This document shows, piece by piece, positions 46,226 through 55,817 of a stretch of 64,000 nucleotides of DNA (position 1 is the stretch's first letter; each line of letters opens with the position of its first letter). A program made the translations under genes and the position numbers. The notes under the pieces were generated by a model. That model saw nothing but the letters and a program-made list of their open reading frames with translations, was not told where the DNA came from and ran no database searches. Source of the stretch: an uncultured Actinomycetes bacterium (GTDB taxonomy: Bacteria > Actinomycetota > Actinomycetes > S36-B12 > UBA10799); assembly GCA_964547485.1 (NCBI GenBank), contig CAZJNU010000003.1, positions 18,752 through 82,751 on the forward strand. The letters run 5' to 3'.

Positions 46226-47329
46226 TCAGGCAACCGATTCCTCGGGCGGCGTGGCCGCGGCAGCCGGACAAGCTGGCAGCGCCCGCCCGGCTCGGTAGTC
46301 GTCGATCGCGGCAACCGCGCCCGCCAAATCCGCAACAGCGGCCACCGCCAGGCCCTCCGGCACGTTGCCGACGACCTCGTCGCAGTTGTCCTTCGGTGCC
46401 AGGAACAGCGTGGCGCCGTCCTCTCGCGCGCCTTCCATCTTCTGCCGGATTCCCCCGATCGGACCGACTTTGCCATCCGCCCCGATCGTTCCGGTGCCGG
46501 CGATCTGCTTGCCACCGGTCAATTCCCCCGGCGTCAGCTGATCGACCGTCCCGAGAGCGAACATCAGCCCTGCACTGGGCCCACCGACCCCGTCCAATGT
46601 GAAGTCGACCTCGAACGGCCCGCGATAGGAGGTTTCGAGGCTGATCCCGAGAAATCCCCACTCCGGATTCTTGGGGTTGGCGCCGACTTTGAGTTGCACC
46701 GGCAGGTCCTTGCCATCGCGCACCACCACGGCCGGGACGGTACTGCCCACCGGGGTCGCGCGGACATCGGCCACCAACTGCTCACGGCTCGTCACTGGCT
46801 TGCCGTTGAAGGATTTGATCACATCACCGTTCGAAACTGCGTCGGCGTTGGCGGAGTCCTCGGTCACTTCGGCAACCACGACCGACTCGGTCACCGGGAT
46901 CTTCAGGTAGCGCAGGGCCGCCGCGATGGCATTCGACTGGGAGCTAGAGAAGGCAGAGGCACTCTCCTTCTTGGAGTCCTCCGCCGACTCCTCAGCGGGG
47001 AACAGCAACTCCCGGGGTAGCACCGCGACTTGATCGTCGAAATATGCCAACACGGCCTCGACTGCCGTCAGTGGTCCGTAGGGTCCGCCTCGCTCCCGAA
47101 CGGTGGTCATGTTCAGCTGGCCGGTGGTCGGGTAGGTGCGGGTCCCGCTGATCTCGATCACCGGCTGGCCGTCGTATTCCCCGATGGTGTTGAACACCGG
47201 TCCGGGCGACACGATCACATAGGGCACGGGCAACACCAACCCTGCGATCAAAAGCAGCAGTGCCGCGAGCACCGAAGTCAACAGCAGCCGGCCGTAGCCG
47301 CTGGCGGGAAGAAGCCGTGGCCGCTTCAC
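46226..47329 (-). CDS. PDZ-domain Lon-type (S16) protease YlbL/Rv3194c
   Basis: PVPYV..SPGP, GQLNMTTV, GGPSAGLMFAL, AGTGTI..DG.VGPIGGI.QK. Confidence 0.95.
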   Translation of the reverse strand: MKRPRLLPASGYGRLLLTSVLAALLLLIAGLVLPVPYVIVSPGPVFNTIGEYDGQPVIEISGTRTYPTTGQLNMTTVRERGGPYGPLTAVEAVLAYFDDQVAVLPRELLFPAEESAEDSKKESASAFSSSQSNAIAAALRYLKIPVTESVVVAEVTEDSANADAVSNGDVIKSFNGKPVTSREQLVADVRATPVGSTVPAVVVRDGKDLPVQLKVGANPKNPEWGFLGISLETSYRGPFEVDFTLDGVGGPSAGLMFALGTVDQLTPGELTGGKQIAGTGTIGADGKVGPIGGIRQKMEGAREDGATLFLAPKDNCDEVVGNVPEGLAVAAVADLAGAVAAIDDYRAGRALPACPAAAATPPEESVA

Positions 47330-47583
47330 TCGCTGTCACCCGATCTGTGTCCGTCCACGGGTTGCCGACTCGAAGCCCGCGACGGCCGACCCTGCCCGGT
47401 CGGCTTCCGCCCGCCCGAAGCCCGCCCGACCGAGTCCGTCAACAGGTGCCCCACCTCTGCGAGTCGCTGGGCCCGCCACTTCGGGGAGTTTCGGCGACGT
47501 TCACGGCGGGCGAGCACCGACGTCCAGATCACCGCCACGACACCGCTGACGAGCGGGATCAGCCACCACACCAACGCCTCCAC
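47326..47583 (-). CDS. Small membrane protein
   Basis: GTG 47583 gives VEALVWWLIPLVSGVVAVIWTSVLARR, a single TM plus basic tail, overlapping the pdz-lon start. Confidence 0.6.
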   Translation of the reverse strand: MEALVWWLIPLVSGVVAVIWTSVLARRERRRNSPKWRAQRLAEVGHLLTDSVGRASGGRKPTGQGRPSRASSRQPVDGHRSGDSE

Positions 47584-47791
47584 GCGGGTCAGCCTACGTG
47601 GCTTGCGGGATATCTCCGACAAGGCCGCGAACCTTCGGTCGACCATCATTTCGCGAATGGCGAAGCCGCAACGATGGTCATCGTCGGTCGGCATGGCTAG
47701 CGTGGATACCCGGAACCGCCTCCACCCACGTCCGCGCGGCATTGCCGCATCCTCCCCGGACGAAGGCGGACCAAGAGGAGCGTGGCTAGCA

Positions 47792-49165
47792 GTGGCCGAC
47801 AACATGCCTTTCGGATTCACACCCGGTGACCCCGAGGGTCAGCCGAACTTCGACGTCAACCAGCTCGGCGCCATGCTCCAGCAGCTCGGACAGATGATGC
47901 AACAGTCTGGGGCTGGCCAGGGAGCCGACGTCGGCCCGGTCAACTGGACGATGGTCAAAGACAACGCCCGCCAACTCCTCGCCACCGAAGGCGACCCCAG
48001 CGTCACCGACGGTGAGCGGTCAGCCACCGAGACTGCCGTTGACCTGGCTGAACTCTGGCTGGATGCCGCCACCGAGTTCCCCGCCACCGGCGGCCGGCCT
48101 GCCACCTGGTGCCGAAGCGAGTGGTTGGAGGGGACGCTGCCGGCGTGGCAGCGGATCATCGACCCCGTCGCGGCCCGGGTGCAGGATTCGATGGCGGTGT
48201 TGATGCCAGGCGGGGCCGGCGGGGACGAACAAGCGGGTCTTCCCGCCGGACTGCCCCCGGAAATGGCGCAACTACTCGGTCCGCTGATGGGGATGGCCAA
48301 GCAGATGGGGGCCACCATGTTCAGCTCCCAGGTGGCACAGGCGCTGGCAGCGCTGGCCGGTGAAGTGGTCTCTGCCGGTGACGTTGGGATCCCGCTGACC
48401 TCAGACGGGCGACCGGCGCTGCTGCCGGGCAATGCCCGTGCCTTCGGTGCGGGCCTCGATGTGCCCGAGCGCGACGTCCTGCTGTATCTCGCGCTGCGCG
48501 AAGCGGCCCACCAGCGACTCTTCGCGCACGTGGGCTGGCTGCGCTCCAGGCTGGAATCGGCTGTGGAGGAGTACGCCCGCGGGATCACGGTGGACACCGA
48601 GCGGATCACCTCCGCGGTCGAGCAGGCCGACCTGTCCAACCCCGAGAACCTGCAGGAGATCCTCGGATCGGGAGTTCTGGTGCCGGAGGATTCCCCGGAA
48701 CAGCGAGCAGCCTTGGAACGGCTGGAAACCCTACTTGCACTGGTGGAGGGCTGGGTGGATGCGGTCGTGACAGCTGCGGCCGCGGACCGACTGCCGAACA
48801 TCGCCAAACTGCAGGAGGCGCTTCGGCGACGTCGAGCGGCGGGCGGACCTGCGGAGAAGACCTTTGCCACCCTGGTCGGGTTGGAGTTGCGTCCCCGCAG
48901 GCTTCGGGAGGCTGCGGCCCTGTGGGCGGCGTTGGCAGAGTCACGCGGGCAGGAGGGACGCGATCAGGTCTGGGCACACCCGGACCTGCTGCCCACGACT
49001 GAGGACCTTCAGCATCCCGAGGCGTTCGTGGTGTCCAGCGATCCGCAATCCGCGGTGTCGCTGGATGCGGAGTTGGAGGCCCTTGGGGACGCCGGCGACT
49101 CGCCCGAACCGCCGTCGGATGCCCACCGGCCTCCTGACGACGAGCCGAACCCTTCCGGCAATTGA
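47792..49165 (+). CDS. Zinc-dependent metalloprotease (Zincin_2/DUF2342, Rv3195-like)
   Basis: MPFGF, W.RSEWLEGTLP.W, LALREAAHQRLF.HV.WL, LETLLALVEGWVD, LRRRRA.GGPAE.TF.TLVGLELRPR.LR. Confidence 0.93.
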   Translation: MADNMPFGFTPGDPEGQPNFDVNQLGAMLQQLGQMMQQSGAGQGADVGPVNWTMVKDNARQLLATEGDPSVTDGERSATETAVDLAELWLDAATEFPATGGRPATWCRSEWLEGTLPAWQRIIDPVAARVQDSMAVLMPGGAGGDEQAGLPAGLPPEMAQLLGPLMGMAKQMGATMFSSQVAQALAALAGEVVSAGDVGIPLTSDGRPALLPGNARAFGAGLDVPERDVLLYLALREAAHQRLFAHVGWLRSRLESAVEEYARGITVDTERITSAVEQADLSNPENLQEILGSGVLVPEDSPEQRAALERLETLLALVEGWVDAVVTAAAADRLPNIAKLQEALRRRRAAGGPAEKTFATLVGLELRPRRLREAAALWAALAESRGQEGRDQVWAHPDLLPTTEDLQHPEAFVVSSDPQSAVSLDAELEALGDAGDSPEPPSDAHRPPDDEPNPSGN

Positions 49166-49229
49166 GAGCTGTCCACATGTTCCCCGCCGCGCCTGTCAGG
49201 AGCGGCGGGGACGATCTAGGTTTGTCGGC

Positions 49230-49787
49230 ATGACGATCACGCCCATCCAGCTCGCAGGTCTACCGGACGGCGTTGAAGTCCGGCGCAGCAGTCGCCGCCG
49301 GAAAACCGTCTCGGCCTTCCGGGAGGACGGTCGGACTGTGGTGGTGGTGCCGCAACGGATGCCGGCCGACCAAATTCGCAACCACGTGTCTGAGCTGGTC
49401 GGCCGTCTCAGCCGACGGACCAGCACGCCGCTGCGGTCCGATACTGCCCTGCTTGCCCATGCTGAGCGGTTGCGGACCCGCTATCTGCCGGAGGCGCCAC
49501 CGCCGGCCAGTGTCACGTGGAGCACCCGACAACGCCGACGGTGGGGGTCCTGCACCACTGCCGAACGAACGATCCGGGTGTCGACGTTGCTGGCCGAGAT
49601 GCCCAACTTCGTGTTGGACTACATCCTCGTGCACGAACTGGCTCATCTGATCCGCTCGGATCACGGCCCTGAATTTTCGGCGTTGGTCGCACGATTCCCG
49701 CAGACCGAGCTTGCCGAGGGCTTCCTGCAGGGCTTTGACCACGCGCGAACGATCGGCTCGGGCGCGGAGCCATCGGGACCGCATTAG
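49230..49787 (+). CDS. M48/YgjP-like (DUF45) metal-dependent hydrolase
   Basis: VEVRRS.RRRKTVSA, RWGSCT, DYILVHELAHL...H. Confidence 0.9.
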   Translation: MTITPIQLAGLPDGVEVRRSSRRRKTVSAFREDGRTVVVVPQRMPADQIRNHVSELVGRLSRRTSTPLRSDTALLAHAERLRTRYLPEAPPPASVTWSTRQRRRWGSCTTAERTIRVSTLLAEMPNFVLDYILVHELAHLIRSDHGPEFSALVARFPQTELAEGFLQGFDHARTIGSGAEPSGPH

Positions 49788-50555
49788 CGAGGGCTCCCAC
49801 ACCCTCGCGCACAGGTCCCAGCGGGAACCCGAACGTGACTGTGACGTGTCCCCCGGGTGAACGTAAGGTCACTCCGACACGCGCCGGAACTTTTTCTCCT
49901 GCACAGGCCAATCGTGAGATACGCGCAGGTCAGGACCACCTTCTCCGTGCTCGACCGCGCCCCATCCACAAGTGATCCCCAGGGCCGTCAACAGGTATTC
50001 CCGGCCAATCCCCAAGTTGTCCCCAACTCCATCCACAGCTGGTTCAAGAAGGTCCGCCGCTGGGGTTGTGCGCAGCACCTGCCGAGTGGCAAGTTCATCC
50101 CTGGGAGCGGGGCCCCAGGTAAAACGGGTTGAAACGCAAGGGGAAGGCGTTTCGGCTGCGCGCACCTCGGGTCCCGCCCCGCAACTCGCGACCACGGATG
50201 ACCGGGGAGGCCCACGGGGCGTTCCGGCAGCAAGGTCCAAGTTGCCAGCGTGACTGCGAGACCGGACTTCCCACTGGGGACAACCCCAGCGATGCCGCAC
50301 CCCTGCCGGGGTGTATCCGGTAGACGGCGCGAAGAACGGCAACGCCACGGCTGGGGCCAAGGTCCCGGCCGTGGCTTCTTGCTTGGCGCACCGGCCCCTG
50401 CCGCCGTTCCTCCGACCCCGACTCGACCGTCACCCAGGCGTGGCCTAGCCCATGGTGACGTCCCGATCAGCGGCGGGGTGTCACCCGAATCCCAGCCAGG
50501 GGGCACGTAGGCTGAAACTGCTCAGATCCACCACATACCCAAACCAGGAGGAAAA

Positions 50556-50732
50556 ATGGCTGAGACCTACAGTGGCGAGGTTTACTGCGTGAAGTGTCGC
50601 GAGAAGCGTCAGGTCACCGACGCCGTGGTCGAGGAAAACGACAAGGGTCGTCGGTTCGCCAAGGGCACTTGCCCAGTGTGCGGCACCAAGGTGACGCGCA
50701 TCATGGGCAAGAAGAAGGAAACCACCGACTAG
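50556..50732 (+). CDS. DUF5679-like zinc-ribbon small protein (58 aa)
   Basis: Not in the track. AGGAGG RBS, then MAETYSGEVYCVKCREKR...GRRFAKGTCPVCGTKVTRIMGKK. Confidence 0.85.
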   Translation: MAETYSGEVYCVKCREKRQVTDAVVEENDKGRRFAKGTCPVCGTKVTRIMGKKKETTD

Positions 50733-50790
50733 TAACTCCCCCCAGTGCCGGGCGCGAGCCACAGGGATGCGCGAAACGCGATAGCCGTGG

Positions 50791-52164
50791 ATGATGGACG
50801 ATGTGAGCGAGCCGCCGTCCGACTCCCGCCCGGCCCGTGGGGTGATTCCGACAACTGCTCTGCGCAGAAGTGCCCGGATGGCGGCCCTGCCGATGGGCTA
50901 CGCCGGCCGTACCGCGCTCGGCTTCGGTAAGCGAGTGGGTGGACGGCCCGCCGAAGTCGTGGCACAGGAGATGCAGTCGCGCACCGCCGATCAAGTCTTC
51001 CGCGTGCTGGGCGAACTCAAGGGCGGGGCGATGAAATTCGGCCAGGCCATGAGCATCTTTGAGGCCGCACTGCCGGAAGAGGTTGCCGGGCCGTATCGCG
51101 CGACGTTGACAAAGCTGCAGGACGCCGCCCCCGCGTTGCCCGCCAGCAGCGTGCACGCGGTGCTAGCGGAGAATCTCGGTCACGATTGGCGACGACGGTT
51201 CGCCGAGTTCGACGACCACCCCGCGGCAGCCGCCTCGATCGGGCAAGTGCACCGCGCCGTCGCCCGAGACGGCCGAATCGTCGCGGTGAAGATTCAATAC
51301 CCAGGCGCGGGCAAGGCACTGATCTCCGACCTCAACCAACTCACTCGGCTCGCGCGACTGTTCGGAACAATGGTTCCCGGACTGGATGTCAAACCCCTGA
51401 TCGCCGAGCTGAAGGCGCGGGTCGCCGAGGAACTGGACTACCTGGCGGAGTCCGAGACCCAGCGGGACTTTGCGGTCGCCTACGAGGGCGATCCGGACTA
51501 TCTCATTCCGCACGTACTGGCAGCCTCCCCGCAGGTGCTTGTCAGCGAATGGCTGGACGGCACGTCGCTGGCTCAGGTGATTCGAGACGGTAGCCGGGAA
51601 GAGCGCGATCACTTTGGAACCCTGTACCTGCGGTTCCTGCTCGGCGGACCTGCCCGCGCCGGTCGGCTGCACGCCGATCCGCACCCGGGTAACTTCCGGG
51701 CGATGCCCGATGGTCGGCTCGGGGTGTTGGACTTCGGAGCAGCCGCCAGCCTGCCCGACGGGCTTCCGCCCGCAATGGGCGAACTGTTGCGGATCGCCGA
51801 GTCAGACGATGCCGCCGGCGTGATGGCAGGCCTGCGGGCCGAGGGGTTCATCAAACCGGGAATCGAGATCAACCCTGAGGATCTGCTCGGCTACCTGGAG
51901 CCGTTGGTGGAACCAGCTCGTCACGAGTCCTTCCACTACTCCCGGCACTGGCTGCGTGGTCAGTACAACCGGTTGAACGATCCCCGCGCTCGGGACTTCT
52001 CGATCGGGATGAAGTTGAACCTGCCGCCGGAGTACCTGCTGATCCACCGAGTGTGGCTGGGCTGCACCGGAGTGCTGTGCCAGTTGGACGCCAACGTCCG
52101 CACCCGGGACGAACTCGAAGCCTGGGTTCCCGGCTTTGCCGAACCGCCGGACCCCCAGGCGTAG
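50791..52164 (+). CDS. ABC1/AarF/UbiB atypical kinase (Rv3197 homolog)
   Basis: LKGGAMKFGQ, AAASIGQVH, VAVKIQYPG, HADPHPGNF, LDFG. Confidence 0.95.
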   Translation: MMDDVSEPPSDSRPARGVIPTTALRRSARMAALPMGYAGRTALGFGKRVGGRPAEVVAQEMQSRTADQVFRVLGELKGGAMKFGQAMSIFEAALPEEVAGPYRATLTKLQDAAPALPASSVHAVLAENLGHDWRRRFAEFDDHPAAAASIGQVHRAVARDGRIVAVKIQYPGAGKALISDLNQLTRLARLFGTMVPGLDVKPLIAELKARVAEELDYLAESETQRDFAVAYEGDPDYLIPHVLAASPQVLVSEWLDGTSLAQVIRDGSREERDHFGTLYLRFLLGGPARAGRLHADPHPGNFRAMPDGRLGVLDFGAAASLPDGLPPAMGELLRIAESDDAAGVMAGLRAEGFIKPGIEINPEDLLGYLEPLVEPARHESFHYSRHWLRGQYNRLNDPRARDFSIGMKLNLPPEYLLIHRVWLGCTGVLCQLDANVRTRDELEAWVPGFAEPPDPQA

Positions 52165-52176
52165 CAGTAGCTGAGG

Positions 52177-54261
52177 TCACTCCGCGACGAGCAGAGCCAG
52201 CAGCGAGGGGCCGTAGTCTGCGATTTTTCGCGGCCCGATCCCGGGTATCTCTGCCAGTTCCGCCAGCGTCTTGGGATGCTGCTCCGCGATGGCCTGCAGG
52301 GTCGCGTCAGTCGCCACGACGTAGGCGGGCATCCGCGTTCCTCGCTCGGCGGACAGCGCCTCGGCCGTCGTCGTTCGCCAGGCGCGGAGACCGTCCAGCA
52401 ACTCCACGTCGGCGTCGCCGGGGCAGGTTCGACATCGGCCCAAGGTGCGCTCGGCGCCGGTGCTCAGCCCGGCCCCGCACACCCGACAGGCAGCCAGCTT
52501 CGCAGTGCGCGCCCTCGACTGGCCCTTGCTCGGGACCTTCGATTTGGTTCTCGACCCGGGGCTGGCCGATTCGATCGCGTCCAGAAAACGGGAGCGTTTG
52601 CGACGACGACCTGACGACGCTCGAGCCTCGGCATAGGAGAGTTCCAGATGCCGGGAGGCACGCGTCACCCCGACGTAGAGCAGTCGCTTCTCCTCGGAGA
52701 TCTCGGCCTCCGAGTTGGCCGCGCCATGCGGCAATACGCCCTCATTGAGTCCGACCAAGAACACCGCCTGCCACTCCATCCCCTTGGCCGCGTGCAGCGA
52801 TGCCAGGGTCACCCCTGCCGCCACCGGCACGTCCTGCTGGGCCGCACGATCCATCAACTCCGCCACGAAGTCGGCGAGCCCGGCCCCCGGATGTGTTCGC
52901 TGGAAGTCCCTGGCTGCCTCAACCATCGCCGACAACGCCTCCCACCGCTCGCGTTGGGCGCCGGTACCGGCCGGCGGCGCCGGCGCCCAGCCCATCCCAC
53001 CCACGATGCCCGACACCGCGGTCACCAGCTCGCCACCGCTGTCAGCGGCCTTCGCCGCCCCGCGGAACAGGGTCATCGCATCGCGAACTTCCTTCCGAGA
53101 GAAGTAGCGGGTGCCGCCGGCGACCTGGTACCCGATACCTGCCTCGGCCAGCGCCGCCTCCACCCGCTCGGTCATGGCATTCATCCTGACCAGCACCGCG
53201 ATCTCCGCCGGCGGCACACCATCGGCGATCAGCCCGGAGATCCGCCGGGCAACTCCGGCCGCCTCGGCATCCTCGTCGGCGTATCCGACGACCCGCACTG
53301 CCGGTCCGGATTCCCGCTGCGACACCAGCCGGACCCCAGCCCCGCCGGTCAGGGCCAGCACCTTGTTGGCAGTGGCGGAAATCTCGGGGCTGCATCGGTA
53401 GGTCCGCTCCAGCCGGACCACGCAGGCATCCGAATAGCGTCCGGCGAACCCGGTGAGGAAGCCGGGATCGGCGCCGGCGAACGTGTAGATGGTCTGCGCT
53501 GCATCCCCAACGACGCAGAGGTTCCGGTTGTCGCCGAGCCACAGCTCAAGCAGGCGCTGCTGCAGCGGCGACACATCCTGATACTCATCCACTGTCAGGT
53601 GCTTCAAACCGGGTCGCAGATGTGCGCCTACCCCGGGTTCGCGCTCCAACAGCGCCACCATGAACAGCAGGACATCCTCGAAGTCGAGCCTACCGGCGGC
53701 ATCTTTGGCCTGTTCGTAGCCGGCGAACACCTCCGCGACCTGGGCCGGGGTCAACCCGGAGGGCATATCCCGATTCCGCTTAGACGCGGCCGCGGCGTAG
53801 TCGGACGGGTGCAGTTGACTCACCTTGGCCCACTCGATCTCGGCAGACAGGTCGCGCACGGCGGTCGGGGCGGTGGGGAATCCGCGCCTCGACGCGGCGC
53901 CCCCGACCAGCGCCAACTTGCTCGCGGTGAGCTCGGGGAAGTCGCCGCCGATGTAGCTGGGCCAGTAGTAGCGCAGTTGTCGAAGGGCCGCCGCGTGGAA
54001 GGTGCGCACCCGGACTTCGGGCACCCCCAACGCCCGCAGCCGCCGGGACATTTCGCCGGCCGCCTTCGTGGTGAACGTGACCGCGACCGATCGGCGCGGG
54101 TCATGCTGACCGCTGAGGACGCCGTAGGCGATCCGGTGGGTTATCGCCCGGGTCTTGCCGGAGCCCGCCCCCGCCAACACCACGACGGGTCCGTCCAGGG
54201 CTAGCGCCACCAACCGCTGGTCGGGATCCAACCCGGCAAGCACCTCGTCCGCATTCGCCAT
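52177..54261 (-). CDS. uvrD2: ATP-dependent helicase UvrD2 (tetracysteine + HRDC)
   Basis: AGAGSGKT, VDEYQD, VGD.AQTIY.F.GA, LH.AKG.EW, CxxC-x14-CxxC, and HRDC (PAYVV.TDATL..IAE). Confidence 0.95.
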   Translation of the reverse strand: MANADEVLAGLDPDQRLVALALDGPVVVLAGAGSGKTRAITHRIAYGVLSGQHDPRRSVAVTFTTKAAGEMSRRLRALGVPEVRVRTFHAAALRQLRYYWPSYIGGDFPELTASKLALVGGAASRRGFPTAPTAVRDLSAEIEWAKVSQLHPSDYAAAASKRNRDMPSGLTPAQVAEVFAGYEQAKDAAGRLDFEDVLLFMVALLEREPGVGAHLRPGLKHLTVDEYQDVSPLQQRLLELWLGDNRNLCVVGDAAQTIYTFAGADPGFLTGFAGRYSDACVVRLERTYRCSPEISATANKVLALTGGAGVRLVSQRESGPAVRVVGYADEDAEAAGVARRISGLIADGVPPAEIAVLVRMNAMTERVEAALAEAGIGYQVAGGTRYFSRKEVRDAMTLFRGAAKAADSGGELVTAVSGIVGGMGWAPAPPAGTGAQRERWEALSAMVEAARDFQRTHPGAGLADFVAELMDRAAQQDVPVAAGVTLASLHAAKGMEWQAVFLVGLNEGVLPHGAANSEAEISEEKRLLYVGVTRASRHLELSYAEARASSGRRRKRSRFLDAIESASPGSRTKSKVPSKGQSRARTAKLAACRVCGAGLSTGAERTLGRCRTCPGDADVELLDGLRAWRTTTAEALSAERGTRMPAYVVATDATLQAIAEQHPKTLAELAEIPGIGPRKIADYGPSLLALLVAE

Positions 54262-54444
54262 GTCCGTGAGTCTGTCACCCGAGGGCGGTCTCGCCCCAGC
54301 CGCGGGCACCCCGCCGTGGACAGCCGACGTCCGAGCTTGCGGCCGCACAGGTGGATGCTCGGGTGTGTCGAGGGATCTGGGTCGTCGGCCGTGGGGGCAG
54401 CGCAGGAACTGCGAGGCCCACGCACTCTCGGGCTAGCTGAATGG

Positions 54445-55340
54445 TTACGGACCAAGGAGCCCAAGGGGAACCACCGCAATGCCGTCCTGCCGACGGTAGG
54501 CATCCGAGCCTGTGTTCACCACAACTGCATCGAGAAGCTTGTCTCCGAGCTTGCCCTTGAGTCAGGCGAGATGCGCAACATGGTCAGCGCGAACCGTGCT
54601 ACCAAGCTTCGCTTCCATGGCCACGACCTTGCCCCCCGGCAGCCAATGCAGGGTCCGCCAAGAACCGCTTGGGGGACTGACCGAGCCGGGACAGGTGGTG
54701 GTCACCTGGCAGCCACGGCGGTGTACTTCGTCGAGGATGCGGAGCCGGAATGGGGTTTCGGTGTAGCGGCTTGAAGTCTTCTTGTCGGGCTTCTCGCTCT
54801 CACCGGCGGACGCCCCATCTCGTACCTTTCCCCACGCGGTCGTGGATGCGACGGTGGCGGCGTAGGACCGGAGCCAACGCATCAAGGTCTCTGGCTGCCG
54901 GATTACAGCGCCCGCTTCCTTCATGTCGACGTTGACTAGCCGTTCGAGGTAGGTGTCGAGTTACTTGTTCAGCGTTCTCACTGAAAGGTCCTGGGAACCC
55001 TGGGAACCCTGGGAACCCTGAGCGGAGGATGAAGTCGGTGTACTCCTCGAGCCCGAAGCTGGACGGGCCCGAGATAGGCGGCCTCTCCCCTGAAAGGAGG
55101 GACCTGAGGCTCACTGTCGGGGTACAGACCAGACGCTCTGGGAGTGTTAGCGGCCGCATTCTGACAGAAGGGATACGCCCCGCCCCCGAGTGACTGCCTT
55201 CATGGGGGGGGCTAAGCCAGTCAGAATGAACCGAGCTGCCGTGACCAGCTGAAGTTCTCGCTCGCGGTTAAGCCTGACAACGGTTTGGGCTCGCTGCTTC
55301 GCCGCTTCCGTCTTACCCATTGCCTCGGGTCCGTCCATGG
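54445..55340 (-). pseudogene. AAA_14/DUF4143 ATP-binding protein, multiply disrupted
   Basis: Pieces in several frames: DGPEAMGKT, RFILTG, MRPLTLPER, SGFPG, WLRSYAA, MEAKL..V...HLA-stop-LKGKLGD.LLDAVVVNTG.DAYRR.DGIAVVPL.LLGP. Confidence 0.8.
54990..55020 (+). repeat. 9-bp tandem repeat, 3.4 copies
   Basis: cctgggaac x3 + cctg, encoding GFPGFPGFPG in the pseudogene. Confidence 0.9.
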
Positions 55341-55487
55341 TCCGTATCCCCTCAGTGAACTCCCCCATTTCGCAGCCCTCTACTCCCCCATTTCGCAGCC
55401 CTCAGCTCGGTCGTCCACAGCTAGTGGACGGCCGCAGTCCGACCGGCACCAGAGGCGTGGGGTGTATCGCGGTGAGACACTTGGGCC

Positions 55488-55736
55488 ATGGCAGAGACGC
55501 GGGACCCGCTGACGATGTACACGACCACCTGGTGCGGCTACTGCCGTCGGCTGAAGTCACAGATGATGCGCGAGGATATTCCGTTCGTCGAAGTCGATAT
55601 CGAGCACGACCCGGCCGCGGCCGCGTTTGTGGAAAGTGCCAACGGCGGTAACCAGACCGTGCCCACGGTGAAGTTTCCGGATGGCAGTGTGGCGACAAAC
55701 CCGCCGATCGCCCTGGTCCGCGAGCGGATGGCCTGA
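55488..55736 (+). CDS. mrx1: Mycoredoxin
   Basis: MYTT.WCGYC.RLK, NGGNQTVPTV.F.DGS..TNP. Confidence 0.95.
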   Translation: MAETRDPLTMYTTTWCGYCRRLKSQMMREDIPFVEVDIEHDPAAAAFVESANGGNQTVPTVKFPDGSVATNPPIALVRERMA

Positions 55737-55817
55737 CCGGGTCGGTTGGGGCACCGCACGCGACTGCTCGCTTCGGCCCCAAAGTGGTGCCGAAGCGAGC
55801 AGTTGGCTAGCCCTCGG

